DNA of 64,000 bases, from contig CAVTRY010000022.1 in NCBI GenBank assembly GCA_963737265.1, forward strand, positions 320,001 through 384,000, read 5' to 3'. A program made the position numbers and the translations under genes. The stretch's first letter is position 1; each line of letters opens with the position of its first letter. Below the pieces are notes generated by a model. The model was given only the letters and a program-made list of their open reading frames with translations, was not told the origin of the DNA and ran no database searches. Below, one piece after another: positions 47,782 to 58,584 of the stretch. The stretch comes from an uncultured delta proteobacterium. Lineage in GTDB: Bacteria > Myxococcota_A > Polyangia > Fen-1088.

Positions 47782-50519
47782 TTACTGCGGCGACGACGCC
47801 GATTGGCCCTGGAGATGGATGTTGCGAGTGGTGCTGTTCCAGCCAGCCGGCAGCGGTTGGCAGAAGGCCTGATCGCTCGCCACCGAGATGACCAAATTGC
47901 CCGTCGCGGTGAACGTCAAATCGGAGTCGTTGGGCTGGAAGATGGCCACGATGTTGGAAGTGACCGGTACCGTGAGGGGTGGCGCATCGGTGCCGGGTAA
48001 AATATTCGTTTGATTGGAGAGTCTGAACACTGAGCCCTGGCCCGGAGCAATGATGAGATTCTGCAAAGACGCCTGCGCTGGTGCATTCCCGGCGTTGACG
48101 ATGGGGACGTACAGTTTGCGTATTGCTCCAGTGGTGGCGGTGCCGAAGCTCCATTCCGTCGGCCAAAGCTCGTTGGTGATGATGACACCTTGGGCGCCCA
48201 TCGTCAGACTAACCTGATGGGGACTGTCGTTCACGGCATCGGTCGTGATGGTCAGACTTCCGTCGAATAGCGCGTGGTTCGGAACTTGGGCGACCGCCGG
48301 CGGAATAGCAACTGGCGTAACCGTGATTTCGACCGAGCTGTCCGGTGCTACAGCTGCTGGCAGGTTTGGATAGTCAAGTGTGTAGTAGTTGGTGTTGGTG
48401 AGCGTGACATTGGTTATGTCGTACGGGGCGCTGCCGGGGTTGGTCAGAGTAATCTGCTGCGGGGCCGCGCTTGCTCCGCAGTTGACCAGGCCGAAGTCGA
48501 TCGCGCCGGGGATTCCCGCCACCAGTGCGCGCGTGGCCCTCCCCGTCGCGGACAGGTCGCCCGAGGCGGTTCCACAATTGGCTTCCGCGCCAACTTGCCA
48601 GTGGATGGTTGCCGCCAGGTCGACGTGCGTGCCGCTCGTGATGATGCTGGTGTCCGCACCGGGAGCGAACGTTACCGTCACATCGGCCTGGCCGCCGGCG
48701 GCGACGCTAACCGAGGATGGAGCCACGCTAAAGTATGGGGCGCCTCCGCCGGTGACCGTGAACGAAACCGACGCGGGAACGGAATTCGGATTGGCGTTGT
48801 TTTGCACCGTCAGGTGAACCGGGAGCGACTGCTGAGCGGGCGAGGCGATGGGAACCGAGCCGAAGGCAAGCGACGGTGCCGTCACAGTCACGACGTCACC
48901 CAGCGGGGTTTGCGTTAGCGTGATATGGCGAACAGTGGTGTCACCGAGGATGTTGGTTGGCGTAACGTCAATCGTGTCGGTGACCGGCGTGGCGTTGCTC
49001 GGACTGTTCGGCGTGACGGTGACCTGCGAAGCCGGCTCGGGGCTGCCGTTGGTGGGCGGCGGCAGCGTGTCTCCGGTCGACGAGAGCTGGAAGATGGAGC
49101 TGTTTCCGCCTTCGAGGGCCGCGGTCCATGCCATGGAGGCCGTCCCACTGTTCGTGACGGTGAAGGTCTGGCCGATCGGATTGCCACCACAAGCGGTGGC
49201 GAAGCTTAGCGAGATCGCCGAGAGCGCGATAGCGCCGTTGAGCGACGTTCCGGTCAGGGCGAGCGGGCCCGGCAGCGCGTGCTGGCACACCGCCACTTGC
49301 GTCGCCAGGGTCATCGACAGGGCGCCGACCGCCGGCCCGGCCGCATCCGGAGCCATGAAAGCAACGATGCCGTCGGCCGAGTGGCCGGCGAGGATGGTGA
49401 CGGGCGTGGAACTGGTTACGCTGAACGCGTTGGTCGCAAGCAGGTTCACCTGCGCATCCACGTTGCCGGAGTTGACGACGTGGAATGTTCCGGTCGTTGT
49501 CTCTCCTGGCGACAGGATGCCGAAGGAGCCAAATGATTCTTCAGTGCTCCACGCGAGCACCGCGCCCTGCGCGCTCTCGGTGACGTAGACCAAGTGCTGG
49601 TCGTCGTTGGGAACGTCGGTCTGAATCGTCAGGGTGTCGTCGTAGCTGGCCCCCACGGCGGAGGTCAGGGGAATTCCCGGAGCGTGAATGGTGACGACAA
49701 GCGTTCCGCCGGCAGCGATGGTCGTTCCGCCCGTGACAGCGGTGTAGCCCAGCGTTCCCGTGAATTGCGAGCTTGTGATATGAGCGTCGGATCCACCCGA
49801 GTTGGTCAAGGTGAAGGTCTGCACCGGCGGCGCTTGGCCGCCACATGGATTGAGGCCGAAGTCGAAGGTGTAGTCTTTTGCTGGCCAACCGGTGAGCACG
49901 GCTGGCGAGCTCGGCGCGTCGGGATTGGCCGAGGCGCCAGCTTCCGTTAGGTCACCACCGGCCTCGCCCGCTAGGCCACTGTCGACATCAATGCCGATGG
50001 CGCCGCCCGTGCCGCCAGTGCCGCCACCCGCGCCGCCCGCACCGCCCGCACCGCCGCTTCCGGCCCCGGTGTCGAGGCCAGCGCCTCCCGAGCCGCTGAT
50101 GGGACTGTCTGCCGGCGATCCGTCGGCCGGCGCCACGCCATCCGAGGGGAGCGGAACGTCAGCGGTGGCATTGGCCGCGTCCACCGTGCCGCCAGCAGCG
50201 TCATCGGCTGTCGGCGTGTTCGAGCCTCGCGCTGCTGTCCTGACCGCCGTCGTAGCTGCTCGCGACGGTGTCGGCCCCAACGCCCACGTCGGCCGGGCCG
50301 CCAGAATCCATCGGGGACCTTCTTGCCTGCCTCCGGCTGCGCCTCGGAACCTACGGTGCTATCTGGGGCTGAGCCAACCGCGTCTCCCCTTCCGTCGCTG
50401 GCCGCGTCGGAGTCCTTCTTTGGTGCGCCGCTGCCGCCGCAACCCGCGAAGGCAAACACTCCGGCCAGTCCGAGGCAGGCGATGGGAAAAAGGGCAGTGG
50501 AACATTGAAAGGGCTTCAT
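47782..50519 (-). CDS. Large surface lipoprotein with tandem Ig-like (ASH/choice-of-anchor D-like) domains; N-terminus frameshifted
   Basis: GGAG RBS + MKPFQC...FAFAGCGG lipobox at 50519; frameshifts near 50315 and 50230; repeats such as FDFG..CG...QTFTLTNSG, FHVVNSG, FTVTNSG, ITLTNPG. Confidence 0.7.
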
Positions 50520-50582
50520 CTGTCGATCTCCAGTGAGGGGTGCGATGGTCCTGCCAGCGAGCGTGGATCGCGTTCGCGGCTG

Positions 50583-51086
50583 GATGTTCACGACCACTAC
50601 AACTACGACCACAGCGCGAACTTTGGAGCCTACAAAACTTACCAATGGGTCGATCTCCCAGGCCCCGGCGGGGCGGTGCCGGACCAGTTGATCGATCAGT
50701 CCATTAAGCGGGCAGTGGACGAACAACTCGCGCAGAAAGGCCTGACCAGGGTCGACAGTGGCGCGGATCTCCACGTCGCTTATCACGCCATTGTCAGAGA
50801 GGAAAAAGGCATCAACTTGTCGGCATTTGGTGACGGCGGCGGCCCTTGGGGATGGGGCGGCGGTTGGGGCGGATTCAATAGCGGTACAGTAACCGGCCAA
50901 ACATCCACTATTCCTGTCGGAACGCTGCTCGTAGACCTCTATGATCCTGCAAGAAAGCAGCTGGTCTGGCGCGGAGATGGCACCAAAACTATTGATCTTA
51001 AGAAAGACCCTGATAAGAACTACAGAACTCTGCAAAAATCCATGGCCAAGCTGTTCAAGAACTATCCGCCGCAGGCCGGCAAGTAA
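50583..51086 (+). pseudogene. DUF4136 domain protein lacking its 5' end
   Basis: DVH..YNYDHSANFGAYKTYQW...AVDEQLAQKGL...GTLLVDLYD...KQLVWRG...KLFKNYPP; no start codon or signal peptide upstream, and composition changes here. Confidence 0.75.
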
Positions 51087-51099
51087 GAGGAGACTTAAA

Positions 51100-51904
51100 G
51101 TGAAATCACAATGGATCATCGGATTTTTACTAACGTGTGCGCTGGCGATTTCCGCCAATGCTCAAGAGAATGGCGGCGTGCAAAGTGCGGCCGGCCCAAT
51201 CGCAAACTTCGCGCAGCAAAACTCCGGCGGCGCAACCAGCCCTACTACGCAACTACAAGCACCTGCAGGAGGGCAGGAGGCAGGGACCTACCAAGACCGA
51301 TTAGAGGAGGTCGTTGGAGCCATGTCGGCAGAGTTAGCCGAAATTGCGCAGGCCGCTCGTGAAGGCAAGATCGGCCGCGATCAAGCCGAATACCTCAGCC
51401 TGGAACGCTATTACGTTGCACTGACACGCTTCCAGCTCCTACGTACCCTGTACCAGGCGCCGCAGGACAGCAATCCACCACAAAGTTACGCGCAGGCGAA
51501 TACTTCAACCCAGATTTCCGGGAGCGCCTTCGCGTATTCCTTCGATGGTCTGCTCGCCTGATATTCCCGACCAGCTCGTTGACTATCTCCAGCTCACGCC
51601 GCTAGAAATCCAGGCGTTAGAGGCACAAGTTACCGAACAGTGCAAGCAGGTACAACCACTTGTAGACCGGCTTGAAAAGAGCCGTCGCAAGGTGCTTGAG
51701 ATGAAACTGAACGGGAAAGTTGACGACCGGGAAGTTCAGGCTCTCGCCGCAGAACAGTCGCAGATTATCAAGCAGCTCATTGTGGCGAATTCACAGCTTG
51801 AGACCAAACTCTATAAGACGCTGACCAGCGAACAACAACAAAAGGTGGATGGGTTATTGCGCCAGACTCTCAGCTCTGGAGGAACACCACCGCTTCCTCA
51901 ATAG
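51100..51904 (+). pseudogene. Secreted protein with Spy/CpxP-like C-terminal domain, frameshifted near 51535
   Basis: GAGGAG RBS + GTG, signal peptide; the second frame has LQLTPLEIQ...LTSEQQQK (LTxxQ motifs). Confidence 0.55.
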
Positions 51905-52178
51905 CGAGCGGGCCCATACCATTCAGAAACTCTTGTCCGAGGCCGCCTTGCTGTTGAAAGGATTGCAACCCAAGGCGGCGTTAATAACGCCGCTACCTCT
52001 TAACCTCCTGTCCTTTTCGGTCGTTGCGTCACTTTCTTTGCCAGTTACGCTTCGACGCTCGCTCGTCTATCCCACACTGATTACTGGAGTTTCGTCAGCC
52101 GCCTGCATTCGGTCAGGGCAGATTCAGTCTGCATTGGTAAAGGCGCCTTGATTTCAGCAACTTGCGGTAAACACTGAT

Positions 52179-52194
52179 TGGCACGCGGGCTGCA
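52179..52194 (+). promoter_or_regulatory. sigma54 -24/-12 promoter
   Basis: TGGCACG-cggg-CTGCA (GG-N10-GC); IHF-like TTTCAGCAACTTG at 52152-52164. Confidence 0.7.
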
Positions 52195-52267
52195 TTACCT
52201 ATTACGTCCGTCGCCCCGACTCTTCCAAGCTCTGAAGATCGGGAAATTGAAGGCGCAAAGGTGATGC

Positions 52268-52882
52268 ATGTATTGGCTGCACCTGACAAGGAAGCAGAAG
52301 AAACGAATCGCACAAGTACTCAGCACGACCGAGATCGAGGATCCTTTTGCTGACCAAAGCGAGAGTCTGTACTGGACTGCTCTGATGATCACGGGAACTG
52401 CGGAAATGGCGGAGCGATCGGTTATCGACGCAACAGGTCTTGCCGAGACCAGTAGCCGCGAATTTCGTGACTGGCTGGTGCTTTGGGCACATTTGGCTAC
52501 TGCCCGCTCTGCACTGAACGCCGTCCGTTCATCGATCCAGGAAACTGCTAAACGATACGCTGACTGGACTTGCTCGCACCATGGCCACGAGCCTCTTTCA
52601 TGGGCCGAGATTCGAAGGCTCCAGGAGCTGGATGCAGGTAAAGTCGTGCAGCAGCTCGACGTTTTGGCTCGGGCTGTTCTGGTTCTTCACGGCTGCCACG
52701 CCGCTTCGTTCGAGGACTGCGTGTTGTTGCTGAATGTGCCGCTTCAATCTGCCGTTGGCGCCTACTGTACAGCGCTTGAGTGGTACAAGGCGTTTACAGA
52801 ACCGGCTGACAGAGATGCAGCCGACGCAACTTCCGCAACCTACATTTTCCGGTTGCGACCTAAATGGACATTTGGGGTGTAG
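52268..52882 (+). CDS. Hypothetical protein, degenerate ECF sigma-factor-like
   Basis: LYWTALMITGTAEMAE (region-2-like) and LDVLARAVLVLHGCHAASFEDCVLLLNVP (region-4-like). Confidence 0.5.
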   Translation: MYWLHLTRKQKKRIAQVLSTTEIEDPFADQSESLYWTALMITGTAEMAERSVIDATGLAETSSREFRDWLVLWAHLATARSALNAVRSSIQETAKRYADWTCSHHGHEPLSWAEIRRLQELDAGKVVQQLDVLARAVLVLHGCHAASFEDCVLLLNVPLQSAVGAYCTALEWYKAFTEPADRDAADATSATYIFRLRPKWTFGV

Positions 52883-52893
52883 AGGAGGTCGAT

Positions 52894-53487
52894 GTGAAAC
52901 GGCATTGGATGCTGGCATTCTTAATCGCTGGGGCGCTCGTGATTTCGACGGTCGCGCAAGACGTGAAAGCACAATCTACGAACACTGTTGTGACTCAGCA
53001 GCAAGCAAGCAGCGACAACGGCTTACACACAATTGTGGTCAATGTGTGGTCAAAATCCGGGCCGGGAGAACAGGAGCCCGTCAAAATGTCATCAGCATTT
53101 GCGGCAGCCGGCCTGAACGCCGCGTTCAAGATGGAGCTGACTGAGCGAAAGATCGAAAACTCCATCAGGAGAGGTTTCCCGCTTGGCGAGTTCTGGATTC
53201 AAAACGATCTTGCCGAAGTTGACGATGCGCTAAAACTGGCGGCTCTTTCCGCCGCCAACGATGCCGATCAACAGGCATTGCAGGAACTCGAAAAGCAAAG
53301 CACTCGGCTGCGGACCTGGAGCGATTGGCTTATTGACCAGAACCGACACCTCGCGCTGACCGAGTACTACATCTCCTCCTCGACCCTGGACAACGACGAG
53401 CAGTTTCAGAATAGCGTCGCTTGCACAAAGTTTTTGGTCTCTATGCTGTCGAGCAGAACCTTGGCACAGGCGAACTCCTGTCTCTGA
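52894..53487 (+). CDS. Secreted hypothetical protein
   Basis: GAGGAGG RBS + GTG 52894; signal peptide. Confidence 0.6.
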   Translation: MKRHWMLAFLIAGALVISTVAQDVKAQSTNTVVTQQQASSDNGLHTIVVNVWSKSGPGEQEPVKMSSAFAAAGLNAAFKMELTERKIENSIRRGFPLGEFWIQNDLAEVDDALKLAALSAANDADQQALQELEKQSTRLRTWSDWLIDQNRHLALTEYYISSSTLDNDEQFQNSVACTKFLVSMLSSRTLAQANSCL

Positions 53488-53527
53488 GGCGCGGAGGCAT
53501 AACAATCAGAAAGGTGAGCAATCTTAT

Positions 53528-53908
53528 ATGGAGAGCATCATGAACATGAAAAGGACGTTTGCGTTGTGGCTGCTTGAGGCCAGTCTGGTGGCCGGCATTG
53601 CGATAGCGGGATGCGCGCAGAACACGATGACAACCCCGAACGGCAACAGTGGTCCCGCGACGGCCGTTCAGCGCGCCCCCGAAGTGACCTGGCTGGTCGG
53701 CTGTCTGGAGCGAGGTCCCGCTGCAGATCAGTACGCACTGCATGGTGCAAGTTCGCAATGGTGGGCCCCGCTTAAGAGTGACAGCTTCCATCTCCAGGCT
53801 TTTCTCGATACGGAGGTCAGGGTGGCTGTCGTGAAGTCAACCGAGAACGATGGCACACTTACCGTGACCGACTTGATCCTAGCGAGTCCGAGTTGCGCGT
53901 CGCGGTAG
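53528..53908 (+). CDS. Putative lipoprotein
   Basis: Lipobox IAGCAQ; GCL...SC pattern. Confidence 0.6.
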   Translation: MESIMNMKRTFALWLLEASLVAGIAIAGCAQNTMTTPNGNSGPATAVQRAPEVTWLVGCLERGPAADQYALHGASSQWWAPLKSDSFHLQAFLDTEVRVAVVKSTENDGTLTVTDLILASPSCASR

Positions 53909-54178
53909 CAGCGGCAGGGCTTGGTGCGCAGGGCCAACAATGCTGCATTCCTTTGCTGAATATCCACCGCCGTAAAAGTTACCTGGCAGTCACTTGGACG
54001 AATTCTTCGGCCAGACCGAACCCTGCCTTCTTAAAGGGCGATGCGGCTCATCCCGAAACCGCCGCCCTAATGTGGGCAGAAAGCCACCACTGCCCATGTA
54101 CGGTCGAAAGTTTCGACAGACTGTCCAGTCTTAGTTTGTCAATCCCTTTTTTCTCAGCCACTTACATTGACCAAGCCT

Positions 54179-54194
54179 TGGCATCCGCGTTGCT
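54179..54194 (+). promoter_or_regulatory. sigma54 -24/-12 promoter
   Basis: TGGCATC-cgcg-TTGCT; IHF-like TCTCAGCCACTTA at 54152-54164. Confidence 0.7.
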
Positions 54195-54274
54195 CTTTAG
54201 ATCACGTAGTCCGCAAGTCAGACATTCTGTCGCCGAAATCCATCGCTTGCGCGAAGAAGAAAAGGTGACCAACT

Positions 54275-55232
54275 ATGAACGGGATCCCCGCTAGGCAGCG
54301 TAGCTTCGCCAGTCGTTACAGCTTCCGCACACTCCGAGCCTTTATTGCCATGCTCGTATATTTGGGCTGTCTCGTCGCGCCCTCGCCCGCCCATGGGGCT
54401 GAGTTGAGGCAAGACACTTTGGTCTCTTGGAATGCGTACCTCGATGCTGCCCGTCCACAGATGGCCCCCCAGACACCCTTTCTCTGGATCGACCAGGAGC
54501 CCGAGCGCCTTCAGCGTGTCCGTGATGGTGAGATTCTGGTCTCGTCCGTCGGGAAGGAAAACCCAAAACCGGTGCCCTCGGGTTTGATCCACGATTGGCT
54601 GGGCGCGGCCTTTTTTCCGAACGCCAGTATCAAAGACGTTTTGTCCGCCGCGCGTGATTACAGCAACTACAAGGAGTATTACAAGCCGACGGTTGTTGAT
54701 TCCAGGTTGCTCAGCAGCGATGGATCCTGTGAACAGTACTCCATGCGCGTAGTGAACAAAGAGGCCGTAGCCGAGACGGCGCTGGATATGGATTACGAAA
54801 CCTGCTATTTCAAAATCGACGACCGGCGATGGTACAGCACCACGCATACTACCCGGGTGCAAGAGGTCCGGCACTACGGCCGCGCCGAACGAGCAGGTGC
54901 TTCCGCCGGATCATGGCAGCGGCTTCATCTGGCGCCTATATAGCGTCGCCAGGTTTGAGCAAAGAGACGGCGGAACCTATGTGGAAGTCGAGGCGATTGC
55001 GTTGAGTCGCGACATTCCGACTGCGCTACGCTGGGTGGTCAATCCTATCGTGCGCCGCGTCTCAAGGAACTCCATGCTCGTCTCCCTGCAACAGATGAAG
55101 GAGGCGGTCCGTTTGACCGAAGATGCAGAGCGAGCCGCCAAATTACCCACGACTGCCAACAACGGTACGCGAGGCGCGTTCGCTTCGGAGGTAGGTATCG
55201 CCAAGAGTTTTGCTTCGGCCGGGAAGCCGTGA
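54275..55232 (+). pseudogene. Secreted hypothetical protein, frameshifted near 54895
   Basis: VPSGLIHDWLGAAFFP...YKEYYKP...TRVQEV then GFIWRLYSVARFEQRDGGTYVEVEAIALSRDIP in the next frame. Confidence 0.6.
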
Positions 55233-55482
55233 TTTGGGATCCATTGGCACGAGCCAAAGCCCGCCTTGAGCAGAGTTCTACCCTGACGGGAATTCTCGTC
55301 GAGAACGATAAGAAAGGCGGAAACGCGGGCCTCATGACACTCGAGTGGTCGCTTTCTCGCCGTGGGAGCAAGGAGGAAATGACACTGCTCGCTGCGATGC
55401 ACCGAGTCGTGCAATCATCTCGGGCACTCATGAATAAGTGAACTTACTCTGAAACACTGCATCAGCTCAAACACGCCATAAC

Positions 55483-57171
55483 TCAAACCTGCTCGCCTAC
55501 AAGTTCATCCCTCAGGTAGCGTCCAACGGCAATCTCCAGATTGAAATGCATTCCTTCACGCCGCAGGATCTGTCCCAGCGGTGATCGTTGTACGACCGCC
55601 AAAACTCCGGGATTCATACCAATCAGCCACAGTTGAATGCCATCCTGACTTTGCCTCTGCGCAACTTGTGCGAACATTTTGAGCGCGGTGTACTCCATGT
55701 CGAGGACTCCGCTCGCGTCGACCGCGACGACTTTCGGTTGCGTTTCCCTGACCAGCGGCTCAATCTTGTGTGCGATCTGTGCCGCATTGGCAAAGAAAAT
55801 TGGACCTTCCGGCCTCAGCAGCAGAAGGCCAGGAAAACTCTCATCCTCGGGATGTTCCGGCGATTCCGGCCGGAATACGTTGGTTCCGGGCTTACGCCGC
55901 AGGACATACACTGGAGCGTCGGCCACATGGTACGCCAGTGTGACCAGGGAAACGATAATGGCTACGATAATTCCCTTTAGGGTGCCGACGAGCACGACCC
56001 CTGCGAACGCCACGATCGCCCATGAAAATTCGGTCCTGCGAACGCTAAGAATCTCACGGAACTCGATCGGCTTAATAAGTCCGAAGGAATACACAATCAC
56101 CAGCGCCGCCAAAGCAGCTTGCGGCATCATCGCAATGACTGGAGCGAGGAAGAGGGTTGTTACCAGTGCCATCGCCGCGGTTACGATTTCGGCTAATTGC
56201 GTGCGAGCTCCTGCGCGCACATTGACCGCCGTCTGCGTTGTGCCACCGCCGCCGGGCATAGCACCGAAGAGCGCGCCTCCGACATTGGCGAGTCCGGTTG
56301 CAAGCAGCTCTCTGTCTGCTCGCGGCGCCGGCTCGTCATTTCGTACGAAGGCTCGTCCGGCCGCAACCGTCTCCGTGAAACTCATCAAGGCAATCCCTAA
56401 TGCGCCGGGCCACAGCACGGTTATGAACGAAAAGTCTGGCTTCATCAGCGACGGCAATCCTGGCGGTATGTGGCCCACCAGTTCGACACCCCGATGTTGC
56501 AAATTCAAGAAGTAGGCGCCCGCTATCGCAGCAGCTACGGCCAGCAGCGGCGCTGGCAGTTTCGGCAGGAAACGCTCCATGGTCAGCAGAATCGCCAGTA
56601 CTGCGAGCCCGACGGCCAGCGTTGCTAACGACGTTTTTGGGAGGGTGTGAACTATTGAGAGGACGTTCTGAACGAATGTGCCTCTTGTGAAGTGGATGCC
56701 AAGGATCTTCGGGATCTGGTCCACTACAATGACCAGCCCTATGCCGGCTCTGAAACCGACGAGCACCGGCTCGGAGATAAAGTTAGCCACGATTCCCAGG
56801 CGCAGCAGGTACGCCAGCAAAAGTGCGGCTCCCACCAGTAGCGCCAGCGTCGCTGAGGCTGTCAGCAGGGCTGCGGGGTTGCCGTTGGGCACGACCTGCC
56901 CCAACTGAGCGGCGGTCAGAATCGCCAACGTTGTAGTCGTGCTGACGCTGAGCACGCGCGAGGTCCCAAGCACCGCGTAGATCACCATCGGCACCAGGGC
57001 GGTATAGAGGCCTACCTGCACCGGTAGCCCGGCCATCATGGCATACGCCATCGCCTTGGGAATAATTACCGCGCCGGTGGTCAGCCCCGCGACGATGTCG
57101 GGACGCAGCCAATCCGCATGGTATGGCACTAGCCAGTCCGGCAAAGCACGAGACCAGGGACGCGTTGACAT
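55483..57171 (-). CDS. sulP: SulP-family anion transporter with STAS domain
   Basis: DIVAGLT...IPKAMAYA..AGLP...GLY, ISEPVLVGF, RELLATGLAN, GARTQLA, GPIFFAN, STAS C-terminus. Confidence 0.95.
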   Translation of the reverse strand: MSTRPWSRALPDWLVPYHADWLRPDIVAGLTTGAVIIPKAMAYAMMAGLPVQVGLYTALVPMVIYAVLGTSRVLSVSTTTTLAILTAAQLGQVVPNGNPAALLTASATLALLVGAALLLAYLLRLGIVANFISEPVLVGFRAGIGLVIVVDQIPKILGIHFTRGTFVQNVLSIVHTLPKTSLATLAVGLAVLAILLTMERFLPKLPAPLLAVAAAIAGAYFLNLQHRGVELVGHIPPGLPSLMKPDFSFITVLWPGALGIALMSFTETVAAGRAFVRNDEPAPRADRELLATGLANVGGALFGAMPGGGGTTQTAVNVRAGARTQLAEIVTAAMALVTTLFLAPVIAMMPQAALAALVIVYSFGLIKPIEFREILSVRRTEFSWAIVAFAGVVLVGTLKGIIVAIIVSLVTLAYHVADAPVYVLRRKPGTNVFRPESPEHPEDESFPGLLLLRPEGPIFFANAAQIAHKIEPLVRETQPKVVAVDASGVLDMEYTALKMFAQVAQRQSQDGIQLWLIGMNPGVLAVVQRSPLGQILRREGMHFNLEIAVGRYLRDELVGEQV

Positions 57172-57181
57172 GCTGCCAAGC

Positions 57182-58036
57182 CTACAGGTGCTGCGGGACG
57201 GTTCGATGATTGTGATTCGGCTCTACGTACCCTTTCGGCTTTTGCCTTGGCGGGAGCTTGGGAGGCGTATAAGGAATCTCCTCGTACCGGATGCTGTTGA
57301 GTATGTGCGCAATGCAGTTCAGGTGGGCGCGCTTTTTGTCGTCTGACGGAACGATGTGCCAGGGCGATGCTACTGTATCCGTGGCTGCAAGCATCGCATC
57401 CCGGGCGCGTGAGTAGTCGTAATAACGGCGGTGCGATTCCAGGTCCATAGGACTAAGCTTCCAGCGCTTGGAAGGATCTTCAATTCGCGCCAGGAAGCGT
57501 TTGTGCTGTTCCTTTTCCGATACTTCCAGCCAGTACTTCAGAAGCGCGATGCCTTGGCTGACCAGAAAGGCCTCGAAGCTGGGACAGTCCCTGAGAAACT
57601 CGTTGTACTCCTCAGAAGTACAGAATCCCATCACATACTCAACACCGGCGCGGTTATACCAGCTTCGGTCGAAGATAACGACTTCACCTCCGGCGGGCAG
57701 TTGTTCAACGTAGCGTTGAGCATGGAGCTGCGTTTTCTGCCTCTCGCTCGGCGAGGGAAGGGCGACTACGCGAAAGATGCGCGGGCTGACCCGCTCTACG
57801 ATGCGCTTGATCATGCCGCCTTTGCCGGCAGCATCTCGTCCTTCAAAAATGATCACAATTCGGGCGTTGGTCGCCTTGACCCAGTCCTGTAGCTTGACCA
57901 GCTCAACTTGTAGCTTGAAAATCTCGGCCTCGTACTCATCTTTACCGATCTTCGGTTGCCCGTTGACGCCGGACTGTTGAGTGTTGCTGTCCAGCCTTGA
58001 TTCTTGTTTCATGTTGTTTTTGGATTTCTTGCCCAT
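57182..58036 (-). CDS. ppk2: Polyphosphate kinase 2
   Basis: FEGRDAAGKGG (Walker A), FDRSWYNRAGVE, WKLSPMDLES, SDDKKRAHLN; ATG 58036. Confidence 0.95.
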   Translation of the reverse strand: MGKKSKNNMKQESRLDSNTQQSGVNGQPKIGKDEYEAEIFKLQVELVKLQDWVKATNARIVIIFEGRDAAGKGGMIKRIVERVSPRIFRVVALPSPSERQKTQLHAQRYVEQLPAGGEVVIFDRSWYNRAGVEYVMGFCTSEEYNEFLRDCPSFEAFLVSQGIALLKYWLEVSEKEQHKRFLARIEDPSKRWKLSPMDLESHRRYYDYSRARDAMLAATDTVASPWHIVPSDDKKRAHLNCIAHILNSIRYEEIPYTPPKLPPRQKPKGYVEPNHNHRTVPQHL

Positions 58037-58097
58037 CGTTGCTTTCTGGCTCCTTGGCAGGCTGCAAAGAAAGTTAGTTTCGATAGCGTTTTGAAAG

Positions 58098-58167
58098 GGC
58101 ACGACTTTAGTCGTGCCGATAAGCCCTTATTTTTTGCCATCCCGAGCGGACGTTAGTCCGCGAGGGA
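58098..58167. repeat. REP-like palindrome pair
   Basis: GGCACGACT-TT-AGTCGTGCC (58098-58117) and GCGGAC-GTTA-GTCCGC (58146-58161); resembles intergenic repeats I associate with Terriglobia. Confidence 0.55.
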
Positions 58168-58263
58168 CCTGCTTTTTCCGACTTTTTCACCAACCTCTTC
58201 AGTCCAGGGAGGACTTATGAGACGGCTTCATGTCCGTCCAACTTGATTCACCTCCTATCACGC

Positions 58264-58279
58264 AGCAATTGCAGTACCA
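58264..58279 (-). promoter_or_regulatory. sigma54 -24/-12 promoter (towards ppk2-sulP)
   Basis: Minus strand TGGTACT-gcaa-TTGCT; IHF-like AATTGCGGCGTTA 14 bp upstream. Confidence 0.65.
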
Positions 58280-58435
58280 AACCTCACACGCCATAACGCC
58301 GCAATTTCACTATCAATGAAATGGGATCCGAGCAGTTAATGCTCATTTACGGTCATGCTGCCCAGATGAAGGCATGGGTGGCCTGCTGAGATGTCGGAGT
58401 TCACTGAGAAGCAAGAGCTTAAGGAAGATATCGAT

Positions 58436-58451
58436 TGGCACGCCATCTGCA
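58436..58451 (+). promoter_or_regulatory. sigma54 -24/-12 promoter (divergent)
   Basis: TGGCACG-ccat-CTGCA; IHF-like AAGCAAGAGCTTA at 58409-58421. Confidence 0.65.
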
Positions 58452-58584
58452 CTACTACAGGTGGCCATTGCACAAGAGCGTGTGTAGTGACCGCCAGCCG
58501 GAAACGGCGAAATCAGGGAGCCGAGAGAGGGAGTCGTTCTGGTAGTGGCCGAAGAAGGCCGAGAAATAACCTCAAGGTGCAAAA

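Noticed and set aside
49971-51158. 395-aa minus-strand ORF spanning the compositional junction
   Set aside because: The first half is antisense to DUF4136; only the part from 50519 is the real lipoprotein N-terminus.
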